Source: Dehalococcoidia bacterium (lineage in GTDB: Bacteria > Chloroflexota > Dehalococcoidia > Plut-88900). From it: a stretch of DNA of 64,000 nucleotides. How positions within the stretch are numbered: position 1 is the stretch's first letter; the number at the start of each line of letters is the position of its first letter. A program made the position numbers and the translations under genes. The stretch spans positions 2,496,001 to 2,560,000 of the forward strand of contig OZ240215.1 of NCBI GenBank assembly GCA_965197585.1, given 5' to 3'. Of the stretch, positions 57,648 through 64,000 are shown one piece after another. Under the pieces are notes generated by a model. It saw only the letters and a program-made list of their open reading frames with translations, did no database searches and had not been told where the DNA came from.

Positions 57648-60011
57648 TCACTGAAAGTCATAAGTGTCGGGGGGAATCACATCATGGAAGATGGAGTATT
57701 GAGAAATGACCACATCCTCACCACCAATTTTACCCCATACAGTGAGGGAATAGACGCCGCTGCCGTGTTTGGCCAACAAGTCCCTCAAATCAGCCCTAAT
57801 TGAAAATCTGCTGCCATTTATATTCCATGTATCAGCCGTAATCCATGGTACTGTGATGGACTGGGTCGGGATTGAAAAGCTGTCAAGCCTAACTCGACGA
57901 AAAATAGAGTCAGCATTAAGAACAGAGCTAGGCACAGCGACGTCGGGAGAAACGTCATAGGGATTAGGGCAGGGTTTATGGGTTGAGTTGTAAGTGTGAG
58001 TTGGATAATAACTGTTTCCACCTGGCGGAGGACGCAGCCCCGCCACCTGAAGCCCCTGGTCATAGCAGTAGGTTCGCGCTAGTTGCCCTCTGGTAAGGGG
58101 GTGGGGCGGTGCATCATAAAATATCTGTACGCTCAAGTCCCAAATGCTCGACAAGGTCGCACCGTTCTTAGTTTTACCGTTTATGGAAAGATACCCCAAA
58201 TTTATGGACGGCAATTGATCATAGGTGACGTAATCGCCCTCGAAATGCTGGAAGAACACGGTGTTGTAGCGGTCCCATGCTAGCCCTATGTTTACCTTCC
58301 TGTGCCATGGGTCCAATAAGTTACGGAGATGCCCGGGGCTATTCATCCATCCTTCAATGGCTTCTTCAATTTCTTTTTTCACGCCTGCAATAGATCTGTA
58401 GCCGTCTCGAGAAGTGATGCAATAGCTACGCCCACCTCCATTTTCTGCATTGGACTGATAACCTCCACCAAGACTGTACCTCATGTATGGCTTTAGTCCA
58501 TCGCTGCCCCAATGACCAGAAGAACAGTTCTCCAGAGCGGTTTCGGCATGAATCTGAGCGGCAGGGTTGTCGCCCAGGACTACAGCGCCAACACCCGCTC
58601 GCTCACGTTCCGCATTGATCAACTCCAACATATACAACTTCTCTTCCGCGTGTCGCAGGCTAGGATCCAGAATGGGTGACGGCGTCGCAGTTGGTCTTGG
58701 CGTCGCCGTCGGCACGGGTCTTGGGGTAGGAGTTGGGGGTGGTATAGGCGTCGACGTAGGCATAGGAGTAGGGGTGAGCACGGGGGTAGCTGTAGGTACT
58801 GGTGTTGCTGTAGGTATCGGAGTTGACGTAGGAACCGGCGTCGGAGAGGGTACCGGCGTAGGCACTACGCTGCACGTCGGCAGTCCGAGGGTGTTCAGAT
58901 CGTCGTCGTAGATAGCAGCCTGCAGTTCCTCCGATATGCACCCTGACAACGGGTTCCCCTCCACCAGCAGGCTGGTCAACCTACCCATGTTGAACAGGTT
59001 GATTGGCACTACACCATTCAAGTTGTTGTCGATCAGATACAGGAGGGTGACCCTGCCATCCGAGTCCGTATCCACCCCATACCACTCCCTAAGGGGCGCG
59101 TCGCTGAGCCAGTTGCGATTGTCCGTCCAGTTCGAACCATCCGTGGCCTCATACAGCCGGACGAGTGCCTCCCTGTCGGTGGCCGGGGATTGCACGTCGG
59201 GCGGGAGGGGGAAAGGCACCGGAGTTGGGGTGAGAACCGGGGTAGCAGTAGGGCCAGGGGTTGGCGTCGGGGGCAGGGCTGTTGGAGGAGCCAGCGTAGA
59301 CGTTGGAGACGGGACCGCTTCTTCTCCCTCATCAACAAAGTACGGCAAGGCCAAGTAGACCCCGACAACCCCTCCGGCAATCAACAAGACCAGACAAGCA
59401 AGAATTAGGCATCGCCGTATTTGCTTACATCCCCGATGTTGACCTCTTCCAGCATCTGTCTGACGTCCTTGAGTTTCTTCGGCAGGACGTCTATCTCCAC
59501 CCTTCAAGGCTGATTCCCTTGCCCTCCGTTCTCTCTCAGCCTTTCGAGCCGCTTCCCTAGCCCTCCGTTCCGCCCCGGCCTTTCGTGCGACTTCCCTTGC
59601 AACCCGAGCCTTCTCTACTGCGTCTTCCGCTTCACGTACAGTTTCTTTATCTCTCTGCTTACTCTGTACTTCACTAGTAGCTTCCCTTGCTCTGCAGGCG
59701 GTTTCACTCTTTTCGCCTATCTTATCCTCACCACCATGCCGCCTCACCGGTCCCGACAGGAACCCTATCCCGAAACACCTGGGACAGCGTACCCACCGTC
59801 CACCGGGATCACGGCTCGCGTACTGCCCATGCACTCTGCCATGCCCGCCGCAGAGGTCGCACTCGTGTAGAAAGATATCGTGGCCCTTGTCGCGGTGCGT
59901 CCCCACGTGCGACCTGCAGAGCAGTGTGGAGTCTGTTTGACAGTAGCAGTACGCCGGACGCCCACAGCGAGGAACGCTGCAATATTTGCCTCTGGATCTG
60001 CCGGACCTCAT
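57648..60011 (-). CDS. Mosaic membrane protein: Cys/His zinc fingers, coiled region, TM, PT linkers, LRR-cap segment, CAP domain
   Basis: CDLCGGHG and CPRCFGIG motifs, [15 protein letters not shown]...[10 protein letters not shown]...[12 protein letters not shown]. Confidence 0.75.
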   Translation of the reverse strand: MRSGRSRGKYCSVPRCGRPAYCYCQTDSTLLCRSHVGTHRDKGHDIFLHECDLCGGHGRVHGQYASRDPGGRWVRCPRCFGIGFLSGPVRRHGGEDKIGEKSETACRAREATSEVQSKQRDKETVREAEDAVEKARVAREVARKAGAERRAREAARKAERERRARESALKGGDRRPAEETQGRQTDAGRGQHRGCKQIRRCLILACLVLLIAGGVVGVYLALPYFVDEGEEAVPSPTSTLAPPTALPPTPTPGPTATPVLTPTPVPFPLPPDVQSPATDREALVRLYEATDGSNWTDNRNWLSDAPLREWYGVDTDSDGRVTLLYLIDNNLNGVVPINLFNMGRLTSLLVEGNPLSGCISEELQAAIYDDDLNTLGLPTCSVVPTPVPSPTPVPTSTPIPTATPVPTATPVLTPTPMPTSTPIPPPTPTPRPVPTATPRPTATPSPILDPSLRHAEEKLYMLELINAERERAGVGAVVLGDNPAAQIHAETALENCSSGHWGSDGLKPYMRYSLGGGYQSNAENGGGRSYCITSRDGYRSIAGVKKEIEEAIEGWMNSPGHLRNLLDPWHRKVNIGLAWDRYNTVFFQHFEGDYVTYDQLPSINLGYLSINGKTKNGATLSSIWDLSVQIFYDAPPHPLTRGQLARTYCYDQGLQVAGLRPPPGGNSYYPTHTYNSTHKPCPNPYDVSPDVAVPSSVLNADSIFRRVRLDSFSIPTQSITVPWITADTWNINGSRFSIRADLRDLLAKHGSGVYSLTVWGKIGGEDVVISQYSIFHDVIPPDTYDFQ

Positions 60012-60104
60012 ATAGTGAGAGGCCTCGATCCTTCTTTAGTCATTCCACACCAGAGCCGCCATTCCACAGCCGTGACCTATTGCCAGAGCACTAACCCCCA
60101 CCCC

Positions 60105-61235
60105 CTACGCCCCGTTTATCGGCGGCCCACCCTCCCCTTCAGACCCCGTCACCTCGCTCGGATACACCAGCTTCCTCACCGGGTAGTTGATCTCGATCCC
60201 TTCCTCCCTGAACCGCCGGTGCACTCCCCGGATGATCTGGTCCCTGAGTAAGTACTGGTCCACGAACCCCTTCACCTTATAGATGATCGAGAAATCGATG
60301 TTCGAATCTCCAAAGTTGCTGAACCTCACCGCCGGTGTATAGCTCATGTCCGCCCTGTCCGTCTGGCTCAACACGTCGTTGACAACCTCCAGGGCCACGT
60401 CGTTTACGTGTTGCAGGTCGCTCTCGTAGCTTACCCCTCCCTTCACTATCGCATAGACTGAGGGATCGGGCCCCTGGTAGTTCGTCACCGTCGACTCCGA
60501 GAGCTTCCCGTTCGGGATGATCATCAGGTTGTTCCAGAACGTCCTAATCTTCGTCGTCCGCCACCCCACGTGCACCACCCACCCCGATGCCCCGCCATCT
60601 ATCTCGATGTAGTCTCCCACTCCTATACCGCTCTCCGTAACCGTGTACGTCCCCGCTACAAAATTAGCCAGCGTCGGCTGAATCGCCAGGGCAACGGCCA
60701 ACCCGCCGATGCCAAGTCCGGCAATCAGGGGGCTAACGTTCAGTCCCTGCGACTGCAGGACTAGCATCACCACGAGGCCATAGATGACCACGCTGGACAC
60801 CCGTTGGACTAAGGGAAGCACCCTATCATCCCACGTCGCAGCCGTTTTCACGGCAATCTCCTGGCCGTACCAGGTGATCACGGCATCCACCAACCGCTTA
60901 ATCAGGTAACCCACTACAAATATCAGTGCCGAAAGCAGGCCTCTGTCTACCAGTTCCTGGTGCTCGTCCAGAAAAGTGGTGGCTGTCAAACCTATGTACG
61001 GGCCGAAAACCAGCACGAACAGGAAGACCGGCCGGCCTATCGCGCTGACCAGGAGGTCGTCCAGAGACGTGCTCGTTCTGCCCGTCGCCCTCCTCACGAC
61101 TTTGTTTACTATGAAATACGCCAGGAAGGCCGCCACTATAGCCACCCCGAAGTAGGCTGCTCCGAATGCGGCCTCCAGTCCCGCCGACCCTACCGCAAAT
61201 TCCGGAAGCAGGTATATTGCCTCATTTTCGTTCAT
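60105..61235 (-). CDS. mscS: Small-conductance mechanosensitive channel
   Basis: AGLGIGGLAVALA.Q.TLANF.AG, GWRTT, IPN, GVSYESD, FGDS. Confidence 0.9.
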   Translation of the reverse strand: MNENEAIYLLPEFAVGSAGLEAAFGAAYFGVAIVAAFLAYFIVNKVVRRATGRTSTSLDDLLVSAIGRPVFLFVLVFGPYIGLTATTFLDEHQELVDRGLLSALIFVVGYLIKRLVDAVITWYGQEIAVKTAATWDDRVLPLVQRVSSVVIYGLVVMLVLQSQGLNVSPLIAGLGIGGLAVALAIQPTLANFVAGTYTVTESGIGVGDYIEIDGGASGWVVHVGWRTTKIRTFWNNLMIIPNGKLSESTVTNYQGPDPSVYAIVKGGVSYESDLQHVNDVALEVVNDVLSQTDRADMSYTPAVRFSNFGDSNIDFSIIYKVKGFVDQYLLRDQIIRGVHRRFREEGIEINYPVRKLVYPSEVTGSEGEGGPPINGA

Positions 61236-61454
61236 AGCTTTTTATCCCGTTCATTGAGAGTCCTTGGCCACTTCAGGCCATTATACTTAGCCGCCCGGCT
61301 AAGGCGAAGGCCAAACCCTCGCCTAGTCATCCTCCTCTTGTAGGGACGACCGGCCGGTCGTCCTGGGGTGGGGTCCCTGTTTCGTTCTCAATACCGGAAC
61401 GTTAGAATAGGTGCCGCGCCTTTAGAGCGCCGCCACAAGTAACCGGAGGTCTCC

Positions 61455-61973
61455 ATGCCCGAACCCACCCAAGATATGGGGCTCGTAACCACCTTCATCG
61501 CCGAGTCCATCGGCCAGCCCGGCAAACGTACTTTCCGGCTCCTCCTGGGTTCGGATGCGGGCACCGCCGTCATCTGGCTTGAAAAAGAGCAGCTCCTGGA
61601 GCTGAGCCTCCATCTCAAACGGACGGTCGGCATGCTCGACGAGACCGAGCAGCCCCCCACCCCCAGCCAGGAATACCCGGGCCCCGAGACCCCTGTCATC
61701 GAGTTCAAGCTCGGTAAGCAGGCCATTGAGTTCGACGAAGAGCACAGCGTGTTCCGTTTCTGGAACTACGACGTAGAAGATGAGTCCGACGTTGCCTCGT
61801 TGGTCTTCGAAGCAACCATAGCGCAGGTCGAGCACTTCTCCGAAGAAAGCCTCAAAGTCTGCTCCTCCGGTCGACCCATCTGCCAGCTCTGCCACCAACC
61901 CATCGATCCCGACGGTCACTTCTGCGCCCGCTCCAATGGCCACCCCATCAACGCGGTCGAAAGGCTCCAGTAG
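61455..61973 (+). CDS. DUF3090 family protein
   Basis: GQPGKRTF, LEKEQL, GRPIC.LC..PIDPDGHFC.RSNGH. Confidence 0.85.
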   Translation: MPEPTQDMGLVTTFIAESIGQPGKRTFRLLLGSDAGTAVIWLEKEQLLELSLHLKRTVGMLDETEQPPTPSQEYPGPETPVIEFKLGKQAIEFDEEHSVFRFWNYDVEDESDVASLVFEATIAQVEHFSEESLKVCSSGRPICQLCHQPIDPDGHFCARSNGHPINAVERLQ

Positions 61974-61974
61974 C

Positions 61975-62745
61975 ATGGGGCGGGAGGATGAGGGGGCCGA
62001 GAGCCCGGCCCCGCCTAGCATCGACCCTAACCTCCACCCCGATATCTGCCGCGACCTCATCCGTTCCTCCGCAGTCAAATGCGATCAGATCCTCCGCGGC
62101 TCTAACTACACTTTCCTGGTCGAACTCACCCTTGACGGAAAGCCCTTCGAATACGGCGTCTACAAGCCTCAACGCGGAGAAAACCCCCTCTGGGACTTCC
62201 CCATCGGCACCCTCTACAAGCGGGAGGTCGCCGCCTACCTCCTAAGCGAAGCCCTCGGCTGGCACTTCGTCCCTCCCACCGTCATATGGGATGGTCCTTA
62301 TGGTGAAGGCTCCCTGCAGCTCTTCATCCGTGACGCCCACGCAACCCACTATTTCGAGCTTCGCGACACCCATCCTGAACAGGTAAAGCCCATCGCGGTC
62401 TTCGATCTCATGGTCAACAATACCGATAGGAAAGGCGGTCACTGCATCAAGGACCCGGGCGGCAAAGTCTGGGGCATCGACCACGGCCTGACTTTCAGCA
62501 TCGAGTCAAAGCTCCGCACCGTGATTTGGGATTTCGGCGGCGAGAAGATCTCCCAAGAGACCCTCGCCCCGATAGCCCGGGAACTGGCCCGCTTCTACAC
62601 CCCCGAGGGCCTCGCCACCATTCTCCACCCCCTCCTGGACTCCGACGAGATCGACAGCCTGGCCAGGAGAATGCAATCCGTCCTTCAAGACCCCGTCTTT
62701 CCCATCCTCAGAAGCCGCTATGAAGTCCCCTGGCCCCTGGTCTAA
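61975..62745 (+). CDS. SCO1664 family PI3/4-kinase-like protein
   Basis: SNYT, YKP.RGE.PLWDFP.GTL..REVAAY, NNTDRKGGH, IDHGL.F. Confidence 0.88.
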   Translation: MGREDEGAESPAPPSIDPNLHPDICRDLIRSSAVKCDQILRGSNYTFLVELTLDGKPFEYGVYKPQRGENPLWDFPIGTLYKREVAAYLLSEALGWHFVPPTVIWDGPYGEGSLQLFIRDAHATHYFELRDTHPEQVKPIAVFDLMVNNTDRKGGHCIKDPGGKVWGIDHGLTFSIESKLRTVIWDFGGEKISQETLAPIARELARFYTPEGLATILHPLLDSDEIDSLARRMQSVLQDPVFPILRSRYEVPWPLV

Positions 62746-62906
62746 ACTCCCCTCCCCCCGAGCCCACCAAAGACCCCACTCCACTCTATGTCATCCCGAG
62801 GCTCCGCGCTGAAAGTCCACCGAGGCGGGAGAATCTAGGACTTGCCTACTCAACCACCTCCCACTCCCCCCTCCCAAGCTACCTGCCGTAATCCCCCCAA
62901 CCTACC

Positions 62907-63815
62907 CTACGAACTTCCCCCAAACACCCCCTTCACCTTATCCACAAGCGTCTCGTGCCTGGCGTACCGTGCCAGGTATCGCACCATCTCCTCACTGCCC
63001 ATCATTATCGGCGAGTGCCAGTCCCTTAGGCGCGGGCCACCGCCCTTCCCCTCCCCCGACGCATTGCCAAACCTGCAAAACTCATGCCACTGCTTCTTTG
63101 ACCTATCGTACGTCAGCACCGAGCCTGCTGCCTCCTTCACCAACGCTATCCCCGCCGCCACGTCCCAGATCCGAGGCGCGGTGAACACCGAATACTGGAA
63201 AACTCCGCTCGATGTCAGGGCCATTTCGTAGGCCAGGCTCCCAGGCCCCCGCGCCTCGCCAATGGGCGCACTGGCGCCTGCATTCTTGCCGTACAGCAGC
63301 CTGAAGTCTCGGTGAAAGATGGCCAGTTGACCGGGCTGCGGTACCGAGTTCGATCGCACGGTAATCGGAGTCTCGTCCATAAATGCCCCACCACCCTTGC
63401 AGGCGTGGAACAGGGCCCCTTCGGCCTTCGCCGGCCAGGGCGTCCATATGCACCCTACCTCGGGCACACCTCTGTTGAGCACCCCTATCGAGACCGCGTA
63501 AATAGGAAGTCCGTTAACGTAGTTGAGGGTACCGTCCAACGGGTCCAGCAACCAAAGGAAGTCCGAGTCCTCGGGCTTCTCATCCGTCCCCTCTTCACCC
63601 ACTATCCCGTGGCCCGGGTATCGACGCCTGATCTCCCCCTTTAGGTAAGCTTCGCTCTCCTTGTCCGCCTCCGAGACCAGGTCTGACTTGCTGCCTCCCT
63701 TCCCATGCACACCTCCCACGTGGCCAAAGTGCGACTCCAGTATCCGGGCCGCCCCTTTCGCCATCTCGATGGCCGAGTCTTTGATATCTGCCAGCGAGAT
63801 AGCTTCTTGTCCCAT
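62907..63815 (-). CDS. Inositol monophosphatase family protein
   Basis: GEEG, WLLDPLDGTLNY, WDVAAG. Confidence 0.9.
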   Translation of the reverse strand: MGQEAISLADIKDSAIEMAKGAARILESHFGHVGGVHGKGGSKSDLVSEADKESEAYLKGEIRRRYPGHGIVGEEGTDEKPEDSDFLWLLDPLDGTLNYVNGLPIYAVSIGVLNRGVPEVGCIWTPWPAKAEGALFHACKGGGAFMDETPITVRSNSVPQPGQLAIFHRDFRLLYGKNAGASAPIGEARGPGSLAYEMALTSSGVFQYSVFTAPRIWDVAAGIALVKEAAGSVLTYDRSKKQWHEFCRFGNASGEGKGGGPRLRDWHSPIMMGSEEMVRYLARYARHETLVDKVKGVFGGSS

Positions 63816-63831
63816 TCCTTTTTCTACGCTC

Positions 63832-64000
63832 CTACAGCCCGGTACCCGAGTCCAGCAAAACGTCCCGAAGCAGTTCTACTGCAGCCGCCGACGCCAATTC
63901 TCGGTTTTCAGCCCGATCGCCGGAAAACCGCCTCTCGACACACACGTCGATCTCATCCCCCACAACCGCTACGAAGAATAGCCCGACCGGCTTGGCCCTT
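63832..64000 (-). CDS. CinA/PncC C-terminal domain (partial, runs off the window)
   Basis: Manual translation KPVGLFFVAV...FSGDRAENRELAS.AAVELL. Confidence 0.75.
   Translation of the reverse strand, partial: RAKPVGLFFVAVVGDEIDVCVERRFSGDRAENRELASAAAVELLRDVLLDSGTGL

Noticed and set aside
58670-58870. Periodic DNA repeat
   Set aside because: Explained by the Pro/Thr linker coding sequence

Overview
GC-rich bacterial chromosomal window. Gene content (tandem amidohydrolases, an LLM oxidoreductase, paired family III CoA-transferases, the DUF3090/SCO1664 pair, PT-rich lipoproteins) suggests Chloroflexota, Dehalococcoidia/SAR202-like; this is an inference. It contains a PyrR-attenuated pyrimidine operon (pyrR, pyrB fusion, carA, vapBC, HAD, carB, pyrK), a tupABC tungstate transporter with a divergent regulator, pyrF, hflKC, gatCA, gdhA, several tandem catabolic paralog sets and many nested palindromic repeats and MITEs. 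Highlights: (1) two dispersed copies of a ~700-bp non-coding element with their own promoter (possible SOS box), conserved ends and a hairpin-dense core closed by a long-range stem, a candidate large structured ncRNA or RNA-bearing mobile element; (2) two tandem BCP-type peroxiredoxins, split in the ORF track, both with an in-frame TGA at codon 45 and a shared SECIS-like hairpin (probable selenoproteins); (3) a family of 21-22-nt micro-insertions landing inside other repeats; (4) PyrB fused to a PyrI Zn domain plus a Cys-less Ada-like domain; (5) a helically phased CAATC array. All calls were made by eye, with no database searches.
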